Shown: positions 10,134 to 23,778, numbered from the stretch's first letter. The stretch is DNA of 64,000 nucleotides from an uncultured Verrucomicrobiae bacterium (GCA_963788655.1 CAWBHS010000022.1:138463-202462), one strand, 5' to 3'. Notes: a model not told the origin generated them from the letters alone. Numbers and translations: made by a program.

Positions 10134-11437
10134 ATGAATCCATTGCTTGTTCGTTCCCGCTTAAGGCTCACCGGTATCTTGTTCCTGGGATTGTCCGTGC
10201 TGCCGGGTGTACGCGCGGCGAACTGGCCCCAGTTCCGCGGCCCCACGGGCCTGGGTTACACCGAGGCAACGAACCTGCCGTTACAATGGGGCGGACCAAC
10301 ACGTGAAAACGTGCTGTGGCAGTCGCCGCTCAAAGGGCAGGGGCATGCCAGTCCCATCGTGTGGAATGACACCGTGATCGTTTGCACCGCTTACTGGCCA
10401 CCGGACGCCGGCGCCCATGAGAAGGTCATTCCCGAACACCACGTCCTGGGCTATCGGGTCAGCGATGGGAAGCTGCAATGGGACACGAGCGTGCAGCCCG
10501 GTTCCTGGTTGCGGACGGATTTCCGGAGCGGCCCTGGAGGCGGTTACGCCGCGCCAACGCCGACCACGGATGGTGAACTGATTTTTTGCGCGTTTGGTTC
10601 CTCGGTGTTGGCGGCCCTCGATTTCCAAGGTCGCATTATTTGGCGGAAGGAAATCATTCCCCACACATTCGACGTCACCTTGGGCAGCAGTCCAGTGCTT
10701 TATCAGGACACGGTCATCCTGCTCTGCGCCATGGCCAAATCCAGTGATTCGCGAGTGGTCGCGTTCGACAAAGTCACGGGCGCGGTGAAATGGCAGCGGA
10801 GTTTTCCGGACATGGCTTTCGGGCACAGCACGCCGTTGATCATCGACGTGAATTCCCAACCGCAAATGCTGCTGTTGGCTTCGGGCGGTAGTCCGAAAGA
10901 CAACGCCCTGCGGAGCGTCGATCCCAACGACGGCAAACCCCTCTGGTGGTGCGGGGGCGCCGGCGACGCCGCATCGCCCGCATACGCCGCCGGGATGGTT
11001 TATTTCGACAGCGGACGCGGCGGTCCGGGCATTGCGGTGGATGCCACTGGAACGGGTGATGTCTCCGCCGCGCACATCCGTTGGACGATTCCCAAGTGCC
11101 TGAGGGAATCGGTTCGCCGATCATTGTCGGCTCGCGCGTGTATCGTCTTCACAATCCATCCATCCTCAAATGTTGGGATTTGGCGACCGGCAAAACCCTG
11201 TATGCCGAGCGACTGGAAGGGCTTTCCACCGCTTGGGCAAGTCCCATCGCCGATCCCGCGGGGCGAATCTATTTTGCCAATGCGGGCAAAAGTTACGTGC
11301 TCCAGGCCGGTCCGGAATTCCGGGTGCTGGCGGTGAACGACCTCGGCGATGGCAACCATCCTTCCCCGGCGGTTGCGGGAGACCGGCTTATTCTGGTCGG
11401 CCTGAAAAACCTCTATTGCATTGGCCGGCGGGAATGA
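10134..11437 (+). CDS. PQQ-like beta-propeller (BamB-like) exported protein, frameshift near 11090
   Basis: NWPQFRGP, GHASPIV, SSPVL; C-terminal part continues in ORF 11081-11437. Confidence 0.8.
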
Positions 11438-11507
11438 TGTGGGGCGGAAGAGCGCCGCAAATTTCCTTCGATCGAGATGGCGGCGGCTTACCGAGACGCC
11501 GCTACGG

Positions 11508-13031
11508 TTAGCGTTTTGCCATCTTGTCCAGTGCCGCCATGGGGAATTCCTTGGAAGGCGCGTGTTGTTCGCGCATGATCCGTTCGAGCTTGGCCACGAT
11601 GTCGGCGTGCTGGGCGGCAACATCCCGACTTTCACCCGGGTCCTGGTCGAGATCGTACAAGGCCAAGTGCAGTTGCGGCTTGGCGTTCTGGCCGGCCGGC
11701 TTGAGGTGTTGGCGGATGCCCTTCCAATTCCCGACCCGTACAAACTGCTGGCCTCCGTAACCGGGAAATTCGCGATACAGAAAAGGGCGCGGTTCCTGCC
11801 GTTGCCCAAGCAGTGTTGCGGCAAAGCTTAGGCCGTCAAGGTCGCGCGGGATGGCGCTTTTGCAGCCGGCCAGTTCCAGCAGCGTTGGCATCCAATCTTC
11901 GAAACCGGTGAGGCGATCCGACGTGGTGCCGGGCTGGATGTGCCCCGGCCAGCGGACGATCATTGGCACGCGAATACCACCTTCGTACAGGGAACCTTTC
12001 AGTCCGCGAAACGGTCCGGCCGACTTGAAGAACTCCGAGTCTGAACCGCCTAAACGGTTGTAGGTCGGGCCATTGTCGGACGTGAAAACAACAATGGTCT
12101 TTTCCTCCAGGCCGAGTTCTTTGACCAAAGCCATCAGCCGCCCCACTTCGCGATCCAGTCGGGTAACCATGGCCGCGTATGTCGCTCGCGGTGTCCGGTT
12201 GGGCAAGTAACCATGACCGCCGGGATAAGGCGGGTCGGACCAGCGATTGGTGTATTCGGCCAGGGAATCCGCCGGCACTTGCAGCGCCAGATGCGGGACC
12301 ACCGAGGGCACGTACAGAAAAAACGGCCGGTTCCAGTGTTCCCGGACAAATCGCAGCGCCTGTTTGTGAATCAAATCCGGCGCGTAATCTGTGCCGATGT
12401 AACCGGCGTAGGACGCGGGATCGTTCGGGTCGGCATCGGCCGGCAATTTAGCGTACGGAGAAAAGGGCTCGTTGTTCAGGCTGACGCGCCGGTCGTTGTC
12501 CCACAGGTAGGTAGGGTAGTAATTGTGCGCGTGGCGCTGGCAATTGTAGCCGTAGAAGCGATTGAAGCCTTGTTTCAACGGGTCGCCCGTGCTGCCCGGC
12601 CCGCCCAGGCCCCACTTGCCGAAGGCGCCGGTGACGTAACCCTGTTGTTGGAACGCTTCTCCCATCGTGACCGTGGCCTCCGGAATCGGGAACTGGCCCT
12701 CGGGTTTCATCTCGCGATTGTCCCGAACGAACGCGTGCCCCGGATGTTTGCCAGTCATCAGCACACAGCGCGATGGCGCACAAACGGCGTTGCCGGCGTA
12801 GTGCTGCGTGAACCGCATGCCTTCGGCCGCCAACCGATCAATGTTCGGCGTGCGAATCTTTTGCTGTCCATAGCACCCCAGTTCGGCGTACCCAAGGTCG
12901 TCAGCCATGATAAACATAATGTTGGGGTGGGCCGGGGCTGCGGCGGCCGACGCGGCAGGAACGCTGGGCAACGTAAGGGCGCCCAGCAACATGATGGCTT
13001 TGACAGCGGGATGCTTGATGAAGGTGGTCAT
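11508..13031 (-). CDS. arylsulfatase family protein
   Basis: ADDLGY, CAPSR formylglycine motif, GKW, KG.LYEGGIRVP; signal peptide. Confidence 0.95.
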   Translation of the reverse strand: MTTFIKHPAVKAIMLLGALTLPSVPAASAAAAPAHPNIMFIMADDLGYAELGCYGQQKIRTPNIDRLAAEGMRFTQHYAGNAVCAPSRCVLMTGKHPGHAFVRDNREMKPEGQFPIPEATVTMGEAFQQQGYVTGAFGKWGLGGPGSTGDPLKQGFNRFYGYNCQRHAHNYYPTYLWDNDRRVSLNNEPFSPYAKLPADADPNDPASYAGYIGTDYAPDLIHKQALRFVREHWNRPFFLYVPSVVPHLALQVPADSLAEYTNRWSDPPYPGGHGYLPNRTPRATYAAMVTRLDREVGRLMALVKELGLEEKTIVVFTSDNGPTYNRLGGSDSEFFKSAGPFRGLKGSLYEGGIRVPMIVRWPGHIQPGTTSDRLTGFEDWMPTLLELAGCKSAIPRDLDGLSFAATLLGQRQEPRPFLYREFPGYGGQQFVRVGNWKGIRQHLKPAGQNAKPQLHLALYDLDQDPGESRDVAAQHADIVAKLERIMREQHAPSKEFPMAALDKMAKR

Positions 13032-13085
13032 GACCGTGAAGTTCCCAAACGGTCTGCCCTTTGAACAGTCTGAATTTTCAAACCG

Positions 13086-16000
13086 CTATGGAAGCGTAAC
13101 CGACCGATAGAAGCAGGGGGAGAAATTGGTCGAGCCGGGGTGAACCAGGTCCAACATCCCCATGGGTGTGTTGGTGATGAGCCACGTGTTCCAGGTTTGC
13201 AGGTCGGTCGAATACTGAACTGCAAATTGTCCTTCGGGTTGACCGGTCAGCCGCAATTGGTTTTCTCCGGAAGGGCCGGCCCCCAGCGGAGTCAGTTGCG
13301 ACGGTGTAGCCAGGCGGTAGTTCAAATGCACCACACCGCTGGCGCCACCGACCCCGTCCACCGCGAAGTAATATACCGTGCCCGGCGTCACGTCGAACAT
13401 CACCGCGCTGTCGAAGCCATCCATTCCGCCGTCGTTATCGCAGGCGACGGGGATCAGGCTCTCAAAGGTGTCGCCGCCAGTGTACACAGCCAGCACGGTG
13501 TCGAAATCGCTGCCGTCGGTATTGAGATAGAGCGCCCCGTTGGCTTCGGCCAGATAGGCAAACCAGTGCGAGGCCCCGCCGGCTTCGCCACAGTGATTGG
13601 GTTCGCCCGGTTCCTTGCTTGCCCCGGCGGTGCTGAATACTTGCGATCCCGAATAACCGCGGCTGACCGTGAACCCTCTGGTGCCGCCTTTGCCGCTGGC
13701 AAGCGCTGGGGCAAAACCAAACAGCCCAGCGCCGCCCAGCCGCAGTGGTTTGCCTGAGCGAATTAGATGCACCAGCTTGTTGTAGGCGCGCACGTCCTCG
13801 ATTTCATCTCCGGTTTGGTTGAATTGCAAGTCGGCGACGGGGCTTTCGACGTAATAACTGCCCTGGCTAATCTTCACCGAGTATTTACCGACCTTGAGGG
13901 CGTCGGCGTTGGTGATGACCAGTCGATTGGTGATGGCATTCGGAATGGGCAAACCATTGAATAACCACTGGTAACTCAGCGCCGGGTCGGTGCTGTTCGC
14001 GAGTTCGACCTGGAAGACCACCAGGTTGCTGAGCACAATCGTCTGGCTGACCGGCTGGACCGTAATCTGGGGCAGGCGATTGGTGGTGGTGAGAAAATTC
14101 CATTGCAACACCACGTTCCCTGCGGCGCCGTTTAGGCCGTCCACCGCGATGCGATACCATTCCCCGGCCACGGTATTGAAGGACACGGCGCTGGTCAAAA
14201 AACCGCCGCGGTCTTCGTCGCTGGCGACTTCCGTCAGGGCGTCCACAGTGTCGCCGGTGTACACGGCCAGCAGGGTGTCAAAGTCGCTGCCGCGGGTGTT
14301 GAACGTGGCAATTCCGTTGCCGGGCGCCTGCCAGGTGAGCCACAAAATCTGCCGCCGGGCAGGCCGGCATGGTCGGGTTCGCCTGGTTCAACCGTGGCGC
14401 TTGTGTTGTTGGCTGTGCCCCGGCCGCTGGAATCGGTCAACAGCACTTGATCGATGAAATCGTCCATCAGCGGCAACTCGTCCAACCTCACCCGCACCCA
14501 GGCCGGTGGGCTTTCGAGGGCGTCCCAGGCACTTTGAACGGCCACCGTATAACGGCCACCATCACTCACCTGCACGGGATCGATAACCAGGGTGGCATTG
14601 GTGGCGCCGGGCAGGTTGACCCCGTTGCGCCGCCACTGGACGGACAATGGCTCGCTACCCACGTAGCCGACGTTCAGCACCAGCGCATCGCCTTCCATTA
14701 TGATCTGGCTCAACGGTGGCTGCGTGATGGCCAGTGGCTGCGGCGGCACAACGTCCAGCAGCGCTGCCGGACTGAGAACGGCGCCGGTGGCACTGCGAAC
14801 CAGAACCGAGTAGGCGCCAGCGTCGGCCAGTTGAACCGGGTCCAACAGAAGAATGGCATTGGTGGCGCGCGGAATGGGATTGCCATTGAACCACCATTGG
14901 TAGGTGACGGAACTGGCGCCCGTTACGGTAACCGCAAACTTTACGCGGCCGTCCACGTAACCCTGTTGGGTTTGCGGCGCCATCTCTATGGCCGGCATGC
15001 CGGGCTGCGTGTATTTCAGGACCAAATAATCCTCGTCGGACGTGCTCCCGCGCGACGTGCCGCCCACGACCACCTCGCCGGCGGCATTCACCGCGACGGC
15101 GCTCCCGCGATCCTCCATTCCGGCGTAGTCATAGTTTTCCTGCCATTGGAGCTGGCCGTGCGCGTCGTATTTGACCGTTAGCACGTCGCTGGTGGAACCA
15201 CTGTCGCTGGTGCCGGTGACATAGACGTTGCCCGCCAAATCCAGCGCCAGGGCGGTCGCGGCGTCCTTCCGCGGCAAGGAGTGGATGGCCACCCAAAGCA
15301 GGTTGCCGTCGCGATCATACTTGAGCGTGCCGAAGTTCTCGTTATTGGCGGCGGAAACGACGCCGGCAACGAACACATTGCCCTCGCGATCGACCGCCAG
15401 CGCGGCGGGGGCGTCGTCCTTCTGGTCCGGCCCATCGTAACGGCGCGCCCAGAGTTGGTGGCCGTTCGCGTCGTACTTGACGGTGGCGAAATCCTGTTTG
15501 GTGCTGTCGCCTTCGGAAGTCCCGGTCACAATCACATTGCCCTCACCGTCCAGCACCAGGGCGACGGCCAAGTCCGATTTGTTGCCGGGACTGGAATAGG
15601 TGGCCACCCAGAGCAGGTTGCCATCGGGATCATATTTGATCGTGGTAAAATCCTGGCCGTCGGTCAGGCCCACGGCCCCGCCGGTGACATAGACGTTGCC
15701 CAATGGGTCCACGGCCAAGGCGCGCGCCTGGTCCGGATGCTGGGCGGGACCGTCGTAACGCGTGGGCCAGAGACGAGCGCCGTTGGCCCCAAACTTGACG
15801 GTCGTGTAATCGCCGCCGGTGTTTCCCGTGACAATCACAGCGCCGGAATCATCCACGGCCACGCAGCACGCCGCGTCATCGACACTGTAGGAATAACGCG
15901 CCGTCCAGAGGGTGTTCCCGGTTGGACCGTATTTGAGCGTGGCAAAATCGGAATTGCCGCCGCGGGATTCGCCAGTGACATACACGTTGCCCGCGAGATC

Positions 16001-17702
16001 CACGGCGAGGCCGTTGGCTTGGTCGTAATCATTGCCGGGCCCATCGTAGCGATTGGTCCACAGGGCCGTTCCGTCCGAAGCATATTTCACTGTCAGATAG
16101 TCCAGGCTCGAAGCGTCGCCCTCGGAGGTGCCCGTGACGAGCGTGTTCCCGGCGGCATCGAGCACCATAGCCCGGAGTTCGTCAGCGCGGTTGGCGGGAC
16201 CGTTGTAGCGCGCGGTCCAGGCCAGCGTGGGCGAGGTGGCGTTGACGATAGGCTGGCTGGCGGCAAACTCCGAGGTGTTCCCAGCCGAATCCGTGGCCGT
16301 TGCCGAGACAACGCGAGCCTCGGGATCCGGGGCCGGTAAGGTGACCCTAAACGCCGCCTGGCCCGCGGCGTTGGCTACTACGTTGACCGCACCGAGGAAT
16401 GATTTGCCTTCGCCAAAGCCGGATGCATCCATCGCCGGGCTCGCAAAGAACTCGAGCCAGTAAGTGAGGTTGGGCAGGCTCTTGAGCGTGCCAGCGAGCT
16501 CGAGGGTGTTGCCCTGGTTCGTGGCCGAGTTGATGACCGGATAGTTTTGGAGGCTGTTGGCGCCGGAGTCGGTGTCGGTGGAATCGTTCGGTTCCACCCC
16601 GGCCGTTGCCAGATCGATGCCCAAACCGGCGTTTTCAAAAATGGAGTTGCCCAGCACGGTATTGGTGGCCCAGAGCACCCAAACACCCGGGCCGCCGTTG
16701 AAGGCGATGGTATTGCCGGCGCCCGCGTTTGTGCCGCCCACGGAACATCCGGGCGCGTTGGTTAGAAAGATTCCGCCCAGTGCATTGCCAAGGTGGCGTG
16801 AACCGGAGTAATCCGTGCCGATGAAGTTGCCTGCGATGGTGTTGTTGAAACAGTTGTTCAGGAACAGGCCGTAATCGTTGATGCCGGTGCCGTGGCTGCC
16901 CGCGATGATGTTGCCGGCTCCGGGATCCGAACCGCCAATCTGGTTGTTGGAGGCGTTGGGATTCGTCAGCAGGATCGCCGGGCCCATATTTCCGAGCGGT
17001 TGCGTGCCGCTGGCGTCCGTGCCGAGGTAATTGCCCTGGATGATCTGGCTCCCGGAGTTTTGCAGGTAAATCCCGCCCGTCTGATTGTCACTGATCACGT
17101 TTCGCTGGGCGGGGGCCGGGCCGCCGATGCGAGCGCCGCCGGCGGTGGACCGGATGCCATAGCCGCGATTGCCCGCCGGGGTGACGCCATCCACGTCCAC
17201 GCCGATGAAATTTCCCTCGATCTGGGTATCCGCAAACCCGAACAAATAAATACCGTCGGCATCGAAATTCAGAATTGCCAGGCCCTTGATGGCGCAGCCG
17301 GTATCGTTGATCGCGAGGCCCTTGGCGCCGTCACTGTTCCCGCTGCCGATCAGGCGGATCAGGATCACCGCATTGTTGCCGTTGGAAAGCGTGTTGGCGC
17401 TGGCGCCCGGTTGGGTATAGCCGTCAATGGCAACCGGCTTGGTGATGTTGGGCAAAGCGCCGCTGACCGCGCGGACGGTGTGAGGCCCCGCGCCGGGGAT
17501 GGCGAACTGGATGGTGTCCGCATCCGAGGATGCATTGGCGTCGGCGATGGCCTGGCGCAACGTGCCGGCACCGCTGTCATTCGTCGAGGTCACGGTAAAT
17601 ATTGCTGCCTGGCTCGCGTCGCAGAGCGGTCAATAATAGCAGGCCACCAACGGCCGCTTGGACCAGAGGCCACACTCGGTGGACAAAAAAGCAACGTTTC
17701 AT
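13086..17702 (-). CDS. large secreted multidomain protein (beta-helix region, 8 SBBP-type propeller repeats, Ig domains, two GSDFDT.LAVYTG domains); frameshifts near 14350 and 17625
   Basis: ORFs 14234-17593 and 13086-14345 join; signal peptide MKRCFFV...GGLLLLTA from 17702 in another frame. Confidence 0.75.
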
Positions 17703-18155
17703 AGGCCAGTTCGAAGGGATGGGGAAGGCACGGGAACGATTCGTGGACGGCATGAACCGTCGCCTCGCTCGAAATACTTGAGCGACTTTGACATAAAAGC
17801 TGGGTAAGGCACGGAAAGCACGTGGTGCCGGCGGAATTCACGGCCCGGGGCGGTTGCGCGCCACGAGCCCAAAAGCCGCCGCACCATTCTCAAGGAAAAT
17901 CCGGTGTGCTCTGATACTCACTGCTTTTTGGCGTCCAAACCGCGAAGCATTCGGACCACGTGGTTTAATTCAAAGCAGAGGGGGTGCCAGAGTGAGGCGC
18001 ATGAAGATTAGAACGGGTAGGGAACTGGTGCGGCCTGCGCCAATTCACCGCCCGCGGCATCCGCTCGGCTGGGCTCCACGGAGTCTCGCCCTGTGGAGTC
18101 GGCGTTGCGGGCAAAGAACGCCGAACGATTCGTGAGGCGCAGTTTATGGGGAAAC

Positions 18156-18191
18156 AAAAAAAAATCAGGGCGGTGCCGCAGCACCGCCCTG
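18156..18191 (-). terminator. rho-independent terminator of the FKBP gene
   Basis: 11-bp stem CAGGGCGGTGC/GCACCGCCCTG, 4-nt loop, followed by a T9 tract on the minus strand. Confidence 0.85.
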
Positions 18192-18223
18192 CCTTGAGCG
18201 AAATGAAATGATCGGTAGCGCCC

Positions 18224-18940
18224 TTACTTCTTCGCCGGTTCTTTCGGGGCGGCGGGCGGTTTGATGCCGAGCAGTTCGATGTCGAACAGCAAGACGGAGT
18301 TTCCCGGGATATTGGGCCGACCGTTGGGGCCGTACGCCAGATCGGGCGGGATGACGAGTTGCCATTTCGAACCGACCGGCATCATGAGCAGCGCTTCGGT
18401 CCAGCCCTTGATCACCCCGGTCACCGGGAACGTGGCCGGTTCGCCACGACGATAGGAACTGTCGAATTCGGTGCCGTTCGACAACGTGCCGCGGTAGTGG
18501 ACGATTACGGTGTCGTTGGTGGTCGGCTTGGGACCGGTGCCCATGGTGATGACCTTGTATTGGAGACCGCTCGGGGTGACTTGGACCCCTTCCTTTTTTT
18601 TGTTGGCGGCCAGGAAGGTTTCGGCCTCCTTGAGGTTTTCGGACGCCTCGGCTTTGCGTTTGGCCGTCTGTTTTTCGCGTAATTCGGTTTGGAAGGTGCG
18701 CATGGTGTTGCGGGCTTCTTCGTCGGTCATCAGGGTCTTGCCGCCGGAAAGGGCGTCCTTCAGCCCCTTCAGGTACATCTCGGGATTGACCTCGACGCCA
18801 CTTTGTTTCATGGAATGGCCCATGTTCATGCCCAGCATATAACTCACTTTATCTTCCGGAGTTTTGAAGGGGCTGTCCTCCGCGGCGACGAGGGTCAGGG
18901 TCAGGCTGGTTAGCAAAATAGTAGTCAATGATAATTTCAT
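18224..18940 (-). CDS. FKBP-type peptidyl-prolyl isomerase (FkpA/Mip-like)
   Basis: FKBP_N region SY.LG, SGLQY, HYRGTL.NGTEFDSS, VIKGW.EAL, LAYG. Confidence 0.95.
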   Translation of the reverse strand: MKLSLTTILLTSLTLTLVAAEDSPFKTPEDKVSYMLGMNMGHSMKQSGVEVNPEMYLKGLKDALSGGKTLMTDEEARNTMRTFQTELREKQTAKRKAEASENLKEAETFLAANKKKEGVQVTPSGLQYKVITMGTGPKPTTNDTVIVHYRGTLSNGTEFDSSYRRGEPATFPVTGVIKGWTEALLMMPVGSKWQLVIPPDLAYGPNGRPNIPGNSVLLFDIELLGIKPPAAPKEPAKK

Positions 18941-19400
18941 GTTAGCGATCTTCAACGGACTTGCCCGGGATCGGAAATGGCTTCGGCCCAGACAACCAAG
19001 TTAATTGTCAAGTTGCCAAACTAATCGGTATTACCCGCTCGTCAAGGCCAAGCTCCGGCTCGACAAGGATTTTCCTAGTGGCGAGCCAACCGTGGTTTGT
19101 GACAAAGTCAAATCACCGTTGCCTTGGCAAGCATTCCTAAATGCCCGAACAGCATACGAAGCGCCCAGTGCCGGCACCGGATTGGCCTGAAGGCGTGAAC
19201 ACCGGTGAGCTACGGGCTCAAGTGCGCGTGCGCAAGGCGTGACGGATTTTTGTTGATGACAATTTGATTCGGGTGGCGGAGCGTATCCTCAGCGGGGTTC
19301 CCCCCAACCCCCACCTCCCTGACGCCCGCTGCCCGAATCGTTTTTCTTCTATTGACATTGCCCGCTGACGCGGAAAGCTCAGCCGGTTGTCGCATTAGTC

Positions 19401-22262
19401 ATGATTGCCGAAAACAGAAGGCGAACCATTGTGAACCTGGCTGCTGTTTCCCGTGTCCTGGGGGGGGCGGTAATGGCGGCCGGAAGCCTGTTCGTGTTCG
19501 GCTGGCTTTTCCATCTGGAAGCGCTGCAAGGCGACTGGCTGGGACCGGCCCCGGTGGTTCCAACAGCGGCCGTGGCGTTTCTGCTGGCCGGCGCCGCTTT
19601 GGCTGGCTTAAGCTTTCCCTCGCTCGGAGCGGGTTCTCGTTGCGTAGTCAGAATAGTGGCCGGCGCGACCGTCACGGTGGGCGGGTTGGCCCTGGTTCTG
19701 CGTCTATTTAGTTTTTTCAATGATCACCAACCGTTGCTGCTCGAAAGCTCGATCCCAATGGGGCCCTGGAATCTGGGGAAAATGTCTGCCGAAACCGCTC
19801 TCAGTTTGGCCCTGATGGGAACCGCGTTGTTGCTCCTGGCGCGCCGGGATAATCGTGGATTTCGGCTGGCGCAGGGGCTGACGCTGGTGGCGTCGGGAAT
19901 ATCCCTGGTAGCCTTCCTGGGATACGCCTACGAAATCCGGGCCTTCAACCAGATTCATTTCCTGAAACCGATGCCGCTGCCAAGTTCGGTGCTGTTTCTG
20001 ATGCTTGGCGCGGGTATTCTATGTGCCCAGAGCGGCTCCGGACTGGGCCGATTGTTGGCGGCCAACAACGCCGGCGGAATTTTGGTGCGCCGGTTGTTGC
20101 CGGTGGCCGTTGTGTTGCCGTTGGTCCTGGATGGGCTGCGGTTGATGGCCCAACGCGCCGGTTGGTTTGATCCGGAGGTGGGCGTGGCCTTGTTCGCGGT
20201 TTCCGACGTGGTCATTTTGTTTGGGTTGATCTGGTGGAACGGCCACTGGCTGGACACCATGGATACCGATCGCCACCGGTTGGTTGCCGAACTGCACCGG
20301 TCCCATGAACGGTTCGCCCGCATGTTCCAATCCAATCCCCTGCCCATCAGCCTGGTGGCTTCGGAGGGAAGCCGTTTCCTCGATATCAACGACGCGTTCA
20401 CCCGCATGACCGGGTATAGCCGGGCGGAGACGCTGGGACGCACCGCCCTCGAACTGGGCCTATGGGTGCATCCGGAACGCCGGGCCGAATTGTTGCGTCT
20501 CATGGAACAACAAGGAGCGGTCGATGCGTTCGAATTCCAATACCGCACGAAAAAAGGTGAGGTGCGCGACGCGATGTCATTCACCGACCGTATCGAATTG
20601 GAAACCGGCCCGTGTTTCCTGTTCATTTCCAACGACATCACCGGTCGCAACCGGGCCGTCGAGGAACACGCGCGGCTGGCCGCCATCGTCAAGTCCGCCA
20701 ACGACGCGATTATTGGCAAGACGCTCGCCGGCGTCGTCGTCAGTTGGAATGAAGCCGCGGAACGCACTTATGGTTATACCGCACAAGAGATGGTGGGCCA
20801 ATCCATCAACCGGGTGGTACCGCCGGAACGGTTGCCGGAACTTGAGCAAATCAACCAAAGCATCCGGCGCGGTGAACGCGTGCGCATTCTCGAAACCTCC
20901 CGCATCCGCAAAGATGGCCGGCGCATCGTCGTGTCGCTGGCCGTCTCTCCGCTCAAGGATGTCACCGGCAAGGTGGTCGGCATTTCCACGATTGCTCGCG
21001 ACATCACCGAACGCAAACGCGCCGAGGAACAAATCCGCCAACTCAACACCGAACTGGAGGAGCGCGTCCGGCAACGCACCGCGGAACTCGAAACCGTCAA
21101 CCGCGAACTGCGTCAGGAAATCGTGCAACGTGAACAGACGCAGGAGGCGTTGCGCCAGAGTGAGGAACGGTTCCGTTTGCAGGTCGAACGGATGCCCATA
21201 GCCTGTGTGCTGCTCGATGCCGAGTTCCGCTTCCAGTATTGGAACCCGGCGGCCAACCGCATCTTTGGTTATTGTCCCAACGAAGTCCTCGGCAAGCATC
21301 CCGAGGAACTCATTATCCCGCCGGACACCCCCACCCAACTGAACGGCAGCCTGGCGCGGATGGCCGCCGAAAACACCACGATTCGCCGCGTGGGTGAGAA
21401 CCGGACGAAGGATGGGCGGCGGATTACCTGCGAATGGTCCAACACGCCCCTGAAAGATGCCTCCGGGCAGGTGCTGGGTCTGCTGGCCATGGCCCAGGAC
21501 ATTACCGAACGGCGTCAGAAGGAGGCGGAGATCCGCCGGTTAAACCAGGATCTCGCCGAGCAGGTCGCCCGGTTGGAAGCGGCCAACAAGGAACTGGAGG
21601 CCTTCTCGTATTCCGTCTCGCATGATTTGCGCGCGCCTTTGCGCGCCATCGATGGTTTTGCCGGAATTCTAACGGAGGATTACTCGACGCGGCTGGACGC
21701 GGAAGGCCAGCGCCTCCTGGGCGTGATTTGCGGCGAAGCCAAGCGCATGGGGCAACTGATTGACGACCTGCTCAACTTTTCGCGGCTGGGCCGCCGCCCG
21801 GTGCAGTTCACGGATATCGACATGACCGCCCTCGCCCGCGGTGTCTTCCTGGAACTGACCGCCCTGGCCCCGGACCGGACCATTCAATTCGACTTGCAAC
21901 CGCTGCCGCCAGTTTTTGGCGATCTTTCCTTGCTGCGTCAAGTGCTGGTGAATTTGCTCGGCAACGCCATCAAATTCACTCAGCCCCGCCACCCCGCTGT
22001 GATCACGGTCGGCGCCCATGCCGAACCCGGGAAAACGATTTATTACGTGCAAGACAACGGGGTGGGCTTTGACATGCATTACGCCCCGAAGCTGTTTGGC
22101 GTGTTCCAACGCTTGCACAGCTCCGACGAATTCGCCGGCACGGGGGTCGGGCTGGCGTTGGTGCAGCGCATTGTCCATCGCCACCACGGCCACGTCTGGG
22201 CCGAAGCGCAAGTCGATGTCGGGGCCACATTTTATTTTTCGCTGCCGACTCCCCCTGCTTAA
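19401..22262 (+). CDS. membrane sensor histidine kinase with three PAS domains
   Basis: Multiple TM helices, PAS/PAC repeats, [14 protein letters not shown]-box, DNGVG and GTGVGL. Confidence 0.95.
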   Translation: MIAENRRRTIVNLAAVSRVLGGAVMAAGSLFVFGWLFHLEALQGDWLGPAPVVPTAAVAFLLAGAALAGLSFPSLGAGSRCVVRIVAGATVTVGGLALVLRLFSFFNDHQPLLLESSIPMGPWNLGKMSAETALSLALMGTALLLLARRDNRGFRLAQGLTLVASGISLVAFLGYAYEIRAFNQIHFLKPMPLPSSVLFLMLGAGILCAQSGSGLGRLLAANNAGGILVRRLLPVAVVLPLVLDGLRLMAQRAGWFDPEVGVALFAVSDVVILFGLIWWNGHWLDTMDTDRHRLVAELHRSHERFARMFQSNPLPISLVASEGSRFLDINDAFTRMTGYSRAETLGRTALELGLWVHPERRAELLRLMEQQGAVDAFEFQYRTKKGEVRDAMSFTDRIELETGPCFLFISNDITGRNRAVEEHARLAAIVKSANDAIIGKTLAGVVVSWNEAAERTYGYTAQEMVGQSINRVVPPERLPELEQINQSIRRGERVRILETSRIRKDGRRIVVSLAVSPLKDVTGKVVGISTIARDITERKRAEEQIRQLNTELEERVRQRTAELETVNRELRQEIVQREQTQEALRQSEERFRLQVERMPIACVLLDAEFRFQYWNPAANRIFGYCPNEVLGKHPEELIIPPDTPTQLNGSLARMAAENTTIRRVGENRTKDGRRITCEWSNTPLKDASGQVLGLLAMAQDITERRQKEAEIRRLNQDLAEQVARLEAANKELEAFSYSVSHDLRAPLRAIDGFAGILTEDYSTRLDAEGQRLLGVICGEAKRMGQLIDDLLNFSRLGRRPVQFTDIDMTALARGVFLELTALAPDRTIQFDLQPLPPVFGDLSLLRQVLVNLLGNAIKFTQPRHPAVITVGAHAEPGKTIYYVQDNGVGFDMHYAPKLFGVFQRLHSSDEFAGTGVGLALVQRIVHRHHGHVWAEAQVDVGATFYFSLPTPPA

Positions 22263-22276
22263 CTCCGGGACTGACC

Positions 22277-22765
22277 ATGAATATTGAAAACGAAATTGAA
22301 ATTCTCCTGGTGGAAGATAACCCGCACGACGCCGAGTTGGCTCTCCGCTCCCTTAAGAAACGGCACCTGGCCAACCGGCTCCTGTGGGTTAAGGATGGCG
22401 CGGAGGCCCTCGCGGTATTGTTTCCGGAACAGACGGGCTCCAAGGGGCTTCGACGCCCGAGCCTCCGGGTGATTCTCCTGGATTTGAAGTTACCCAAGGT
22501 GGATGGTCTGGAAGTGTTGCGCCGCTTGAAAAGTGATGAGGAGACACGAAAGATTCCGGTCGTGGTGTTGACGTCCTCCCGCGAAGAACAGGACGTCGTG
22601 AAGAGCTATCGCCTGGGCGTCAACAGTTACATCGTCAAGCCGGTGGACTTTGAACAATTCTCCGCGGCCGTGGCGGAAATGGGCATGTACTGGATGCTCC
22701 TCAATGAGCTGCCCGCCCGTCCACTCCCGGGAGCCACGGCCAGCAACCAACCCCTGGCAACATGA
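22277..22765 (+). CDS. single-domain response regulator (Rcp1-like)
   Basis: [27 protein letters not shown]. Confidence 0.93.
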   Translation: MNIENEIEILLVEDNPHDAELALRSLKKRHLANRLLWVKDGAEALAVLFPEQTGSKGLRRPSLRVILLDLKLPKVDGLEVLRRLKSDEETRKIPVVVLTSSREEQDVVKSYRLGVNSYIVKPVDFEQFSAAVAEMGMYWMLLNELPARPLPGATASNQPLAT

Positions 22766-23649
22766 ACGATCGAAAACATGTTTGGTGGGTACTGCTGGTC
22801 ACGTTCGCCCTCGGCGCCAATGCCCTGGCGCAAGCCAAAGTCCTTTACGAAAAGACCTCCCCGTACAACACCATCGTGGTGACCGAAGACGAGCACGGGC
22901 TGCGCACGTTGCAGTTCGAAAAAAATGGCGCCCGGCAGAGCGTCGTCCAAGTGGGCGAGCCGGACCATCTCGAACTGCCTTATGTGCGGGCTTCGTTGCT
23001 GGGGTTGGTGTTGGTCGAAGAACCGCGCCGGATGCTGGTCGTCGGGGTGGGCGGCGGCACAATCCCAAGTTTTTTGCACCGGCACTATCCGCGGGCCACG
23101 GTGGACGCCGTGGACATTGATCCCGACGTGGTGGCGGTGGCCCGGCAATTCTTCGGCTTTCAGGAGGATGCCAATCTGCACGCCTACGTGGAAGATGGCC
23201 GGCGTTTCATCGAACAGCACACCAACCATTATGATCTGATTGTGCTCGACGCTTATGGCTCAGACAGCATCCCCTATCACTTGGCGACGCGCGAGTTTCT
23301 TCAGGCCGTGCGCCGCGCGCTGACACCGCGGGGCCTCGCCGTGGGCAATGTTTGGAGCCGGCCTTCGAACCGGCTCTATGATTCGATGGTGCGCACCTAC
23401 CAGGACGTCCTTGACCAACTGTACATTTTGGATGCCGCCGCCACCGGCAACAAAATCTTCTTCGCCATCCCCCGCCCGGAACGTATCCGCCGAAATGACT
23501 TGATGCGCCGGGCCAGCGCCGTGTCGCAAGCGAAGCAATTCCCGTTGGACCTGGGGGCCCTACTCCGTTACGGCTTCCGGCGCGTGGGGAAGAACAACTT
23601 GCGTGGGCATGTGCTGCTGGACAAACCGGCGGAGCCGAAAAGCGAGTGA
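22762..23649 (+). CDS. spermidine synthase-like SAM-dependent transferase
   Basis: [29 protein letters not shown] overlap with the regulator gene. Confidence 0.8.
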   Translation: MNDRKHVWWVLLVTFALGANALAQAKVLYEKTSPYNTIVVTEDEHGLRTLQFEKNGARQSVVQVGEPDHLELPYVRASLLGLVLVEEPRRMLVVGVGGGTIPSFLHRHYPRATVDAVDIDPDVVAVARQFFGFQEDANLHAYVEDGRRFIEQHTNHYDLIVLDAYGSDSIPYHLATREFLQAVRRALTPRGLAVGNVWSRPSNRLYDSMVRTYQDVLDQLYILDAAATGNKIFFAIPRPERIRRNDLMRRASAVSQAKQFPLDLGALLRYGFRRVGKNNLRGHVLLDKPAEPKSE

Positions 23650-23778
23650 CACGGCGGCGGTGAACGCCGGGAAGGCGCGGCAATCCCACCGAACCGATGA
23701 GCGTGGTCTGGTTCCGATAGCGGCCGCGGACTGCTGCGCTGATTTCTTCTTTGCTTGAAAGTTCCCTTGATCGGCTGC

